Assembly: GCF_006345805.1 (NCBI RefSeq) | Contig: NC_043003.1 | Span: 39,742,001-39,806,000, forward strand | Length of the DNA: 64,000 nucleotides | From: Octopus sinensis | Taxonomy: Eukaryota | Reading direction: 5' to 3' | In this document: positions 1 to 12,265 of the stretch, piece after piece | Numbering within the stretch: the first letter of the stretch is position 1 | How the letters are laid out: every line of letters begins with the position of its first letter | The notes under the pieces: generated by a model | The model's database searches: none | What the model was told of the DNA's origin: nothing | What the model saw: only the letters and a program-made list of their open reading frames with translations | Position numbers and translations under genes: made by a program

Positions 1-733
1 TAAAAGCGAAGTGTTCTGAGTATTGGAAGTTGTCTGAGCAAGTTTCCAAAGTCATTTCCTCTTCTTTGGTCTGATTACATCGCTACTTTTTTTTCCCCTC
101 TCTTGCTCTTTTCAATGTCTACTTTCTCATTCACTTCTCTCCCTCTCTCGCTGACTCCGTGTGTCTGTGTGTGTGCGCTCGCGCGTGTATTTTTACCCGT
201 CATATATCCTGATCCTTCGTTTTTTTTAAGTCTCCTCTCTCGTTTTGTCTCTATCTAGCTGTTCCTCTTGCCATTTCATACACACACACACACACACACA
301 GTTACAATGCACACATACACAGTTACAATGCACACATACACATTCACTCTTCCCCCAGCTCCCTCGCTCTTTCTACTTCTTTACTATCATACATATCCTA
401 ATTCCTTTTCTGTCTTATATAAAACCCCTAGCCATGGCGAAATTTGTCTCTCCTTCTCTCTCACTTGTTCCCTCTTTCTCATTTTCTTTCTCTCTCGAAC
501 ACGCGCACACTCACTCACACATATACACACGCACGCACACATACTTACACACACTCTCCATTTGTCTAACATTCACTCTGTTACTCTTCGTCTGTTTCTA
601 CTATCCCTTCATCGTCTGCTCATTGAAAAAAAAAAACTTTCTCTTTCTCTCCCACTCTTAGCCTTCTCTAACCTTTGTCAGTCCATCAACATCGGATCTC
701 CTCTGAGTTTTCTCTACCCTGAACATGTACGCG

Positions 734-768
<35 letters not shown>

Positions 769-814
769 TTCTACCTCATTTGTTAGCACTGTGCTTTTAC
801 TTTATCTCACTTTC

Positions 815-1216
815 GGATCTTTTCGGTTTGACCGGCAGTTTTTTCTAGCGGTGTCATGAAATTGTCACCCATAATTATGACCCTAGTATCGATCTATTGC
901 ATTTCAATCTGTTTTAGGGTTAGGGTTAGAGTTAGGGTTAGTTAGGGTTAGGGGTGGAGGGAAGGGTAACTTTTTTCTTCAGAAATGTAAATAGACCCAA
1001 TCTGTTTCTTAAACGAGGGACATACATATATAGACGTCATTGATTGGTTGAAATTGCAGAAATTGAAAAAAAAACAACAACAAATATCTCACAAGCTATA
1101 GAATTTTCTCAATGAAGCCAAGAGAAAAAGATGTAATATAAACACATACGAAGTTTTAAAGTGTTTAGTTACGTGGAAATTATTTTAAAAAACTGCCGGT
1201 CAAACCGAAAAGATCC
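815..1216. mobile_element. MITE with ~30-bp TIRs and internal TTAGGG-like repeats
   Basis: GGATCTTTTCGGTTTGACCGGCAGTTTTTT at 815 and its reverse complement ending at 1216; ttagggttagggttagagttaggg at ~914-951. Confidence 0.85.
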
Positions 1217-1442
1217 TGACTTTCTTCTTAATGTTGTTTCTCCTGCTGTATTTTCTTTGCCCTCCTCGAGACACTCTGTCTCACTTTATCAGCTGGTCTC
1301 TTATTCAGAATCCTTTTTAGTGGGTTTCGTTATTAAAAAATCGTCGTTGTTAGTTCACAATCTTAGGTAGGCTGCGTGTGAAGGTATGAACGACCATACT
1401 TATATCTATGTTTCCATATATTTTTTTTTTACCTGACACATT

Positions 1443-3720
1443 TGTGGTAAAAGGAAGACCGGAAGGGGTGGGGAGAGATGACGTCACGTCGGCGAGTGAG
1501 AAGAAACGTTTCCCTCTTTTTCATGCCGTCAGCGATTGAGAGAAGGCGTGGCGAAGAGAGGTCGTGACAACACGTCTTAACAATTGAACAATCTGTCGGC
1601 GGTACCCGATTGCATGTCGAGGTATGACTGACTTTATCTACGTACCTCCAAACCAAAAGCTGTTTCGGCACGTTGTTACCAGCTGTGTGGATAGATACGT
1701 CCGAGAAGTGGATTTTTATATTTTTATATTGCTTTTGTTCTTCCACTTTTCTTTTTCCAATGGCCACATAAATCAGAGTCGGTAGTGATGTGATGAAACT
1801 GTTCACTAAGAAAGGCGATGTGGTGGCCTGGATAAAGATGTGACTGGTGGCGAAGCTGCAGGGAATAGATGTGGCTAGACTTATGCCGTTGTACTTAGGA
1901 AGCAGTGCGCTGAATCTTTACCTGGAGATGGATGAGGCGGACCAAGAGAAAACGGGAAAAATTGAAGAGCGGCTGAAAGACGCGAACACGGATGGGACTT
2001 TTAAAGCCTAAAACAAGCTCGGGAGAGTGAGATGGACGGCGAGCAGATAGACGATCACGTGAGCGAGATTAATAGATTGGTGGGCCTAGCAGGGTTTACT
2101 GGAGCAGCGATGGAGCGGGTGGTGAATTTGGCTTTTGTGACCGGCTTCCCCGACCATATCTCTGTACGTCTACAGCAGATGCTGGACATCGAAACTATAT
2201 CAGTAGGAGAGGTGATCGACAAATCGCGGGTGTTGTCGCAAAGCGACACTCGCGACGTAGAAGCCACAGTGCCGACGGATACGAGCGGGACGAAGAGGCA
2301 GGCAGCAAACGACAGCAACTGTCTAGCGAGGCGAACGGCCTAGGGACCATGCCTCAGATGTCGATGCCCGTACAGGGTCAGGGAGTGCACAGAACCGAAG
2401 CCAACGGTGGTATGTTTCCAATGCGGCCACCCTGGGGACATAGCGAATAACTGCTGCCGGGAAACAAAGAAGAGTTACTGCACCGTTAGTTCTCTCCACG
2501 ACCAACTGAAGGCGCATCACCGAAGGTTGCTTGCAGTGAGGTTTATGGTGGGTGTGAGGGAAGCACGAACCCTCGTGGATACGGGTTGCACAAGAATCCT
2601 GGTGACCGCAAGAATGGTCGAGAGCTGAAGAAGAAACATCAGGCTCAGAGAGATAGATGATAGGGAGGTCAAATGTAGGGGTGTCAACGACGTGAAAATG
2701 GAAATACAGGGTTCGTGTTGAGGCTGCAACCGATTGTAGTTGATGGGGTGGTGGATGAACGTGATCACACAATTGAGCGGTGTGACGGTTAGCGGGGAAT
2801 GAGTAAAGTTTGGTGACCGATGTCCTGCGTGCTATTAGTGTGGAGCGGAGGAAGAAAACTGTAGGAGTGACGGATTACTGGAACAGAGAGGGTCTTCCAT
2901 CGTCACAGTTAAAGACAACGGCTTCCGTGCTGAGTTCGACGGCGAAAGACGGACGGCGGAGCACTTCTTGAAAGGAGAACCTCTCGTACTGAGAAACAAG
3001 GTGAGCTGCAACGAGCACAGCCTAAAAGTAGAAGCCAAGTTTGAGTTCGAGACAGAGGTGAACAGGTGGATAGAGGAGGGCATCTTGATGCCAGGGAGTG
3101 AGGAGACGAAGGGCGGTGTGCTGCCGTTGATGGCTGTGTTTCAGACGACAAAGAATAAGATTCTACTGGTGCTAGACTTCAGGGAACTGAATGAATATGT
3201 GTCCTGTTATATGGATGGTGTGGCACCAAACGTGTGTGAAGAAACCCTTCGTGAGTGGAGGCGAATGGGGGTGTGGCGACTACGATCATCGACCTCAATT
3301 CAGCCTATATGCAGCTCCATGTATCAGAGAAGTTGTGGAAGTACCAACTAGTGAGCTACAGGGGCAGAACGTACTGTCGGTCTCGACTGGGTTTCAGCCT
3401 AAGTTCAGCGACGGTTCTCAAGGTGGCTTTCGGCAAAGAGGTCAAAGTGGAGCAGGCTACCAGTTCATATATCGACAATATCTTGGTAGATGAGAATGTG
3501 ACATCGGCAGAGGAAATCGCGGGCTATCTTTGGAGGTTCGGGCTGACAACAAAACCGTCAGAGGCTATAGAAGGAGGTACGGCGCTGGGGTTCAGGATCG
3601 AAAGAGACAAAGTGGGTAGGTTTGTGTTCCGCAGCAGCTAGAGTTGGAAGGGATTACATCTGTGCAGGCTGGAGACGAAGTGTTGGTGAAGCCCCTGAAC
3701 AAACCTCGAGTTTAACAAGT
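1443..3720 (+). mobile_element. Degenerate Ty3/Gypsy LTR retrotransposon (putative 5' LTR, gag, protease, RT; internal deletion)
   Basis: gag from ATG 1793 (MKLFTKKGDVVAWIK...AFVTGFPDHISV); Zn knuckle CFQCGHPGDIANNC; protease LVDTGC; RT motifs LVLDFRELNEYV, IDLNSAYMQ, YIDN; a post-integrase-like VQAGDEVLVKP; multiple stops and frameshifts. TG..CA-bounded 1443-1759 followed by TGG is a putative LTR/PBS. Confidence 0.88.
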
Positions 3721-6700
3721 GCAGATTCCGAAGAGATGTGGTTGGAGACTGATGACAAATACACTTTCAACGAAAGATATCTCAAAGTACACTTAACTGA
3801 TATGGGGCAGAGACAGTGGCATAACTATGGGTGAAGGTGAGGGTGACAGGAGACAGTCTATCTCCCGGGCGACACTTTTGTGGAGGAGTCACTTCTGGAT
3901 TTGGAGGCGTTTCCATCATCCGAGTGACACTTTTATGGAGGCGGCACTTTTGGGTCTGCTGTATAGACTGTGGGGCCCAGGGGTGGCAAACTCAGGGCTA
4001 CCTCAGGCAGTACACATTCCAGCGTGTTGCTAGAGCGTTAGGCTGAAAGAAATCGAATAGACTAGCGCCAGAGAACAAGAAGCGTATGTAGAGGGGTGGG
4101 GTACTCGAGGAAGAAAAGGTCTTCATGAACTGTGTAAGAATTCCAAAATGTCGATGTCAACATTCTCGGCCATCAGAAAGATGTCATTTCTTGAAAATGT
4201 TGGGAGTGAAGATTATAAATTCCGAGACTAAATCCCGTAAAGAATGTAATAGTCTTTTTGACATATTGTGGGATAAAAAAAATACTGGTTTTAAGTAACC
4301 TGTTGGTTTGGATCCATGCAAATAACCATCTAGAGGTGTGGAAGAACGTTTCTTCTCAGTTGTTCGATGGACTTAGCATCGAAAAACAGAGAGGAAAAAA
4401 GACGAACTTCCCCCTTCGATGTCACAATTGCTGAATTTGGTGTTAACCGCCGTTTTCTTTCCATTACGTGTCTCAACAGCCACCATCCATCCAAATGGAA
4501 ACATTTGGATTTGGTAGCCGACACTGACCGTCCCATATTTTTTGAAAATTCAGTCGATTATCTTGTTTCGTTCCTGGTAATGTTAATAAAATGCCAGCAT
4601 GCATAGTTTGTATTCGTACATGTTTTTACTTGAAAAAGATCAAATATCACTTTCGTCACAAATATTATCTGAAGCCGACAACAGTTCTCCAATCTGCTCT
4701 CGAAACCAACGTCATTTCACCTCTGACATTTAACGTAAAGGGCATTCTTACTTCGGCGACACAATTTCCTTTTGAAGTTTCCGCCGTCGCCTTCTTGAGA
4801 TTTGGCAGCCGATTGGCATTTGTAGCGATTGCTTTTGAATTTGCCTTCGACTTGAAATAAGAAATACTTTGTGAGGTTTTAAACTATTCATTTTGTCGTT
4901 TTAGAGAAGTAAATGAACAAGTTTCTTTTGTGATTATACGAAGAGTTGACAAGTAGAACAAGAAGAAAATCTGTTATCTCTCTATATATAAAAGTTTGCA
5001 GAGATCCTCCCTTCGGGAATACAGTTGATAAGCTTTGACTGGGGTAGATCCCTGAAGGAAGCTAGTCGCCGGAGTAAGGATGTACCTTAGCATAAATGTC
5101 AGAGGTGAAATTACGTCAGCTTCAACGGTAGATAGGTAAACTCGGCTTCTGATAACATTTGTAATGTAAGTGATATTTGATCTGTTACAAGTAAAGACAT
5201 GTATAGCACAAAGGACTCATACAGGCAGTGGAGTGATATTACCAGAAAAAAAGATAACCGAATTTTAAATATAATCGGACGAACAGTGTCGCTACTGGAT
5301 TCAAATAGGGAAAGGTAGCGGAAGAGACATGCTAGCAGATGAGGGAGTGATAGAGTGAACGGCTGTATCTCTGTTTGTAAGCAACACTGTAGAGAAACCT
5401 GAGGTACAACGTAATAAATCTTACTATTGAGACATTTACTTTTCTTTCTGCTCGATAGAGAAACGTTTCCTTTTAGCTACTGTCGACATTTACAGCGACT
5501 GGGAAGCTCTACAAGCGGTCACTCGCCCATCTAGAAATAGCTGCTAAATTACACCCTACTACCTTTGATCATAGCACTGTTCGATTAGAGTTTACTTGAA
5601 GCTAATCAACAACAACAACAACAATGAAGTAAACTCTGTTGTAGGTACTCAAAGATCTGTGTTGCTTATTTCAGTCTTCATCGGGTAAATCTGCAGAAAA
5701 TTTAAAAGGTATTTCGCAAATATAACAACGAAAATTGGTCGTATATAATTTTCTTTTATTTTCTTATTTACAAACGGTGGGTTTTACTGCTATTACAAAG
5801 CAACAATAATTCCACAGCAAATTGTTTTGAGAATTAAGGTTAAATATAGAATTGAAACATGGAAAAATCTAGAATTAATTTGCAACAGTTTACTTGAATG
5901 TAAATGTTAGATAATTTATGTTGTAGAAATGTTAGATACGATGTTCATAGATACTGTCTTCATGTCGATCGGATAATTTATATAGTAAAATTTAATATGT
6001 ACAAACAGGTCGTCAGGAAAGTCAAATAAACGTGCATGAATTTACTGTTTGAAATTCTGTAGAGGCTATGCCGCGGTAGAAGTTAACTGCTATCCTGAAA
6101 GAGTGAAATGCGAGCAAAATAAGATCTGACTCATGATTGCTACCAGAATAAATCGCCAGAAACAGAAAGATTTGCTTGTGTCTAGCGAATGCGACCAAGG
6201 GAGAAACAGGGAGAGATTTAATTTTCACGTAATTTTGAAGAAAATTAGCTCCAAAGTCTACGTGTCTCTGATTCGCTAAAGCAGAATATGTAACAAAATT
6301 GAACTAAAATGTTGGCTGTTAAAATGGAGTCGCAGTAGACCTATGATGAAAGATATTAAATAGTGGCGTAGTTTAACACGCTTTAGCTTCTAAGCTGCTA
6401 TAAACCCTGTTATATACTTTTACAGAATTCCAATGGCAGATTCAATTAGCTATGAATATGATGCTATTTAATTGCTTGCCAGTTTATAATTTCTTTTATT
6501 TATTATCTGATTGTTTTTGTATAGACACCACATAGTACACCTATACAAGTGTAAGTTATCTTTCTTAGTTTAGTCAGTTTCTCTATTCGACTTTTCCTTC
6601 GTCGAAGACACAATTGTACATTTCTTAGCTTCCACTTCTACATAATTTTAACTCCAAGTTGAGCCGTTCAAATAATCCCGATTATTCTTTATACATGCCA

Positions 6701-7779
6701 TCAGGTCATGGAAAGTAGAAGGTGAAATCATTTGTCGCGCAAAGACTTAACCTGCAAGAAGTAACAATCAAACCTCTAACACCACACCCTACGTCTTAAA
6801 AACGAAAGGGGATCTAGTTTTTTCATTCGCAAAATATGCATTTTTTAAAAGAAGTAAAAAATCTGAAAATCGGCTATAAAAATGTAGCCTTCCAGTCTTA
6901 TTGCTTTGAAGGTATGATGTTGTGGAGAAAAAAGTTAGAGGTTTAAAAATCGACTGGGTATTTTTTAGTTAATAGCGAGACAGAATTTTTTTGCGTTTAG
7001 CGGAGCGGTGTCAACTTTAAGGTTGTACCCTGTAAAATTTATAGTTTAGCGTCTGACCTGTTCATTGTTGGTTTCTAAATAAACAGAAATGCCTAATAAA
7101 ATCAACACCTATCATCTTACTGTTTCTTTTGTCTCTTCATTGATTGTATTTTATCAATTTTAAAAATTTGCTATATTAATATTTTTGTCTGCGTGTGTTT
7201 ACTTTATGCGTATTTCAGTATTATGTATATACCTGCCATGTATTTGTGTACATCATTAATATATAAGTGCAAGCGTGTGTGTGTATGTGTGTGTGCGCCC
7301 GAGCGTGTGTGCATGTGTGCGTGTATGTGTGTGTGAAAAGAGGGCATCTATCTCCAAAACTCCAAAGTTGAGTAACGTTTTCATGCTTGGATTTGTAAAC
7401 TACGATAAGAATAACACTGGTCAACAAAGAATTTGTCCCAAAGAAAAGAATACCTGTATCTTATACGTTTTTGCATGTAGAATTAAAAAATAATGTTTTT
7501 GCATGTAGAATTTTAAAATAATGTCAAATTATCTGTATCAACCACAGTTTCTCTGTTCCACGATATCCCTCTCAGTTCCTGTTACGTGGGCTAAATTTCA
7601 GTTAAGCTGTTGAAATGTGAAGTAAATGATTTAAGAAGTACTCCTAATTAAAATTTTTATGAATAGAATTAACCTACTGAAATCATAAATCCAGCTATTT
7701 CAGTCAATGAGTCCCAAAACTATATGAAATGAAAAATATGTAAAAATACTTACACAGAAGCACAGAAAAATATATAACA

Positions 7780-8140
7780 CTAGTACTATGACCTAGCAAC
7801 GGGTCATAGTGCTAGTGCATGCATATACAGCTGCGTGCATGCGCACATATACGCGAGTACTGTCCAAATATCCGACCAATCACATACAGCTAGCTGGCAT
7901 TCAATTGGCGTATCAAGTTTCGGGCATTTTGATTGGGTTTTGGATAGAAAATTCACAAAAAAGTCACTTCTATTGATTTTTTAATGGCTTTGCTGGGTGA
8001 CTGGGGAAATGTAAAGATGTGCACGACCACCCTTGGACGGTTTTGAATGACCATAGGAAGTGCTAGCGCTCTAACTGAAAAATTGTGGATTTGTATAAAG
8101 GACACGCACGCAGACATTTTGCCGTTTATATATAGAGAGA
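7780..8140 (-). mobile_element. Non-autonomous Helitron
   Basis: On the minus strand it starts TCTCTCTATATATAAA and ends with a hairpin (tatgacc...ggtcata) then CTAG, inserted between A and T; second copy at 42501-42872. Confidence 0.8.
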
Positions 8141-8603
8141 TACTGACAGAAAAATTAAAACAAAACACGTTGGTGAAAAGAATCTCGTGATGTGAAGAAT
8201 CAAGTGTAAAAAAAAAATCAACATAGACAGCAGCAGCACAGACAACAGTGAACAACAACGTGCGGTTGTTATGGCAACAAGCTGCTAATGCCACACTGTC
8301 TGTTGATTGGCTAAAATTACCCAAATTTCCCAACTTTAATTCCAAATAACATCAGATTCTTTAATTTACGAGATAAAATAATTGGTTGATCATAATCAAA
8401 ATTCAGAGTTGCAGCGATACACCAAAATTGAAAGCAGTCTGAGCAAAATTAAGGTGGGGCTCATTTTGCGAATGAAAAAGACTAGATCCACGAAAGGTTC
8501 ATTGAATAATTTGATGCATTATATGAAATACGTCTTAGAAGTATTATGTAAAAAAAATAAACTACAGCAATAATAAATTTTTTTAAACTAATATTAAGCT
8601 AGA

Positions 8604-8939
8604 CATAGGAGTGGCTGTGTGGTAAGTAGCTTGGGCAAGTGTCTTCTATTATAGCCTCGGGCCGACCAAAGCCTTGAGTGGATTTGGTAGACGGAAACTG
8701 AAGGAAGCCCGTCGTATATATGTATATATATATATATATGTTTGTGTGTCTGTGTTTGTCCCCCCAGCATCGCTTGACAACCGATGGTGGTGTGTTTATG
8801 TCCCCGTAACTTAGCGGTTCGGCAAAAGAGACCAATAGAATATGTACTAGGCTTACAAAGAATAAATCCTGCTTGACTAAAGGCGGTGCTCCAGCATGGC
8901 CGCAGTCAAATGACTGAAACAAGTAAAAGAGTAAAAGAG
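8604..8939 (+). mobile_element. tRNA-derived SINE, family A (head ggagtggctgtgtggtaag, CORE-like ttgggcaagtgtc, tail ccagcatggccgcagtc)
   Basis: Collinear with 21687-22125 but with an internal deletion. Other partial copies at 11308-11470(-), 12270-12425(-), 18960-19510 (mixed), 20620-21040, 49920-50190(-). Confidence 0.8.
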
Positions 8940-9026
8940 AACATAAATTAACCAATCTTCCTTACTGTCATGGCATTCAGACAATGACTTACACAGTCAT
9001 TCTTAATACGTTTTGGTTTTGTTTTT

Positions 9027-9069
<43 letters not shown>

Positions 9070-9625
9070 CAGAGAGAGAGAGAGAGATTCAGACTTAAAT
9101 ATATTGAACGCTGTTGTATTCCATCACTGGAGAACATCTTTCAGACAAATGTGCGTTCATAGCACACTCGATTAATTAGCTTAAGTCCTTTTTACGTATA
9201 AAGAATGAATATCGAAATCATCGTTTTGGTTCTCGCTGTTCACTGTGTTCATGACGATTTACTGTGAAATATAGAGCTAACTTATAGTTTTACCCTAAGG
9301 TTTTTCATAGACAAAATTGAGGATAATTTATAGGGAAGCAGACAAAATGCTTTGTAATAGTATATTATTACATTCCTTTGTTTTGAATTTAAATTTCCGG
9401 TGGCAACTGCAAACCATATGCTCTTTTCAGCTTGCAACATCAAAAAACCAGTTATAGGGCTGATCGTCCAGATTTTTATTACTTTGCCTTATCAACGCTT
9501 GTCATGCTATTATTGTCCTGGTTATATGACTACCAGAGAAGCTCAACCAACTTGTTGTCATCGACACCATGATAAAAAGAGAGAGCTTCCTACTTAAACG
9601 TCGTATTGTTTCATAGGTTTATTAG

Positions 9626-11291
9626 TACAGGTGTATATATAACGTGACATACTGCAGTCATTGCATTTTTATGACAGAGACAAATAAAAAGAGAACAAGA
9701 AAGATATTAATAATTCAAACTACACACTACGTTGGTGTTTTATTTAGCTTACTAGTTGCTTACTAGGAATTGCTGTTTTGCCTGTTAGAGATAGTGTAGT
9801 GACTCACATGCAGCAATTACCTTTTAGTTGTTCACCGTTTTGCATTGGTTTTATTTGGACAAACCATGGGACTAAGCATAGCGGCTTAACTTCGCACGTC
9901 TGAGGGAAGCCATTTTTGAGGCAAATGACAACCTCATTTTGTTAATAGGTAATGAAGCTCATTTTCATCTCAGTGGCATGATGAATCAGCAGAACTGTCG
10001 TTATTGGGCTCTTGAAAATCTGAGAGAACTGCACAAAAGACCATCGTACAGCCCAAAAGTGATGGTTTGGTGTGTTACTGGAAAAGCTGCCGTCATCGGT
10101 CCTTACTTTTTGAAGACAATAATGGAAATGCTGTTACTGTGAATTCTGGATGTTACATCAAGATGATAAACAACTTCTTTGTGCCTGAATTCCGACAAAA
10201 ACGTATGCCTATTTGACAAGTGTCGTTTCAGCAGGATGGGGCGACGGCCCACACAGCCAGAGCATCAATGGATGTTCTTTGCTCTCTCTTCGGTGACCAC
10301 CTCATTTCAAGGCTTTGACACTCCATGGCCCCTTCGGTCCCCTGATTTGACCATGTGTCACCATGTCTTGTGGAGAAACATCAAGGCACGTGTGTATGTA
10401 CATTGGACGATTTGAAGGAAGTTATTCATGTGGATGTAGTGGTTATATGTGTATCAATGAACATAGATGCAAATGGAATGTGTATGTAAACAAATACGTA
10501 AACCAATCCATAATTGAAAAGAATTTATTTACAGTGTTTGATTCGTTATAGGTACACTACATACAAATTGTAGGCAACTGCTATGAGTTGCTAGAAATAC
10601 AGAGTACATTCGTGGAAGTCATATTAGGAATGAATATGTTTGTGTGTGTGCGTGTGTGCGTTGATCATTTGAAACAGTAGTCGATCGTAACACTTCGAAA
10701 CATTTCTCTTGGTCTCTGCCAAAACCTTCTGTAAGTGGACAATCTCGTCTATCTGCCCCGTTTTGTCTGCCTGCCTCTCTTGTTTCATCACGGTTTTATA
10801 ATATTTGTGGCAGCTAGAAAGACAGAACTACTGCAACAGAGTTTGTACCTAAGTAGGTCAGCGCCTGTCCAGTTGAACTTCGCAGGTCGCAGGTCAAAGA
10901 TGAGGTCGCAGGTCAAAGGGAGATGATCAATCAATTTTTGACAGGACAAAGAAAACCTTTTTTCGCGCCTGTTGATCGTCGTGGTTTGGACGACCGAGAA
11001 TTCTTGGATTCGGTTTCGAATCTAGGCTTGGAAAAGGAAGTATTAATTCTTACATGGAGGTCACCCAACTCTACAGAGTAATGGTGGAGAGACTGGAGGC
11101 CAACTTCCAAGAACGCCTTCAGAAATGCATCAATGAAAACGGACACCACATGATGGATGTTGTTTTCCACACGTAATTTTGACAAATGCTAATTCAATAC
11201 GAACACATTGATGTCAATAAAATTTGTTTGCAGCTAAAATTGATGATTTTATGAAATTTTCAAAAACGTCTTTCCTCTCTGCCCCACCCTG
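9626..11291 (+). mobile_element. Degenerate Tc1/mariner transposase interrupted by an insertion
   Basis: NEAHFHLSG...QNCRYWA...VWC...IGPYF, a QDGATAHTA-type motif and WP.RSPDL at 9939-10400. C-terminus NFQERLQKCINENGHHMMDVVFHT* at ~11100-11175; TIR-like caccctg-TA at 11285-11293. Left boundary uncertain. Confidence 0.8.
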
Positions 11292-11479
11292 TATATATAT
11301 ATATATATATATACGACAGGCCTCTTTCAGTTTCTGTCTACCAAATCCACTCACAAGGCTTTGGTCTGCCCGAGGCTATAGTAGAAGACATTTGCCCAAG
11401 TTGCCATGCAGTGGGACTGAACCCGGAACCATGTGGTTTGGAAGGAAGCTTCTTACTCCACAGCTACATGCTTATTTCA

Positions 11480-12010
11480 ATTTCCTCAGCAACATTTTAT
11501 CATTCATCCACACTTGAGCCACTCAAAAGATCTTTTTGATCCTGCCTCATAATGATGGACCCACGTTTCATCTCCTGTGACTATTCTGCTTAAAAACTCG
11601 TCACCCTCATTGTTGTAGCTATTGAGTAACGTTGGCAGACCTCAAGACGTTTGTGCTTGTGTTCTGCAGTATGCTCTCTTGGCATCCATCTTGCACAGAC
11701 TTTATGGAAGCCGAGCTCATCGTTATTGATTTGATAGGCAGAACTATGACTAATCTGCAGAGCACGAGTACATGACACACCTTCCGACCAGAGAAATCCT
11801 ATCACCATTCTTTCTTCTTCTTCGGTACACATTGCTAGTGGAGCAGCAATGCTTACACTGTAAAGCCAGAAAGAAAAATGGTGCAATCAGGCTCAAACTT
11901 CGATCACGTGACCATAATAGTACCAACTATAAGCATGCGTGCGCAGAAGGCAGTGTGACAATAATAAAGATATGTTATGGCGAAAGAGAGGATAATTTTT
12001 GACTTCCCTT
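11480..12010 (-). pseudogene. Mariner transposase fragment
   Basis: Minus strand: MVIGFLWSEG, ELGFHKVCARWMPR, and TGDETWVHHY at ~11550-11580. Confidence 0.85.
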
Positions 12011-12230
12011 TATGTGTATATATCAGGACGCCATGATAGATCGTTAGCTCCTACACGCATTTTTTTCTCTCCTTGTTTCTCTCCTTGTTTTTTTCTGTGT
12101 ATCGTTCTGTCGAAGAGCGTAGGCTCGAAACGTAAAAGACTTTTTCTATTCCTGAGCGCTATACTAATACATTTGTTTAGTTGTACTCCATCTGCCTTCG
12201 TCTTTTGTTTATTTTCGTAAACTTTCCCTT

Positions 12231-12265
<35 letters not shown>

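Noticed and set aside
911-955. Chromosome end or telomere fusion site
   Set aside because: Short, degenerate and enclosed by MITE TIRs.
1429-1806. 125-aa minus-strand ORF ending at a donor-like site
   Set aside because: Overlaps the putative Gypsy LTR; no recognisable domain.
12105-12140. Hammerhead-like tcgaagagcgtaggctcgaaacgta (degenerate copy at ~51400)
   Set aside because: U4 is altered and no stem I pairing could be drawn; kept only as a PLE-tail-like repeat.
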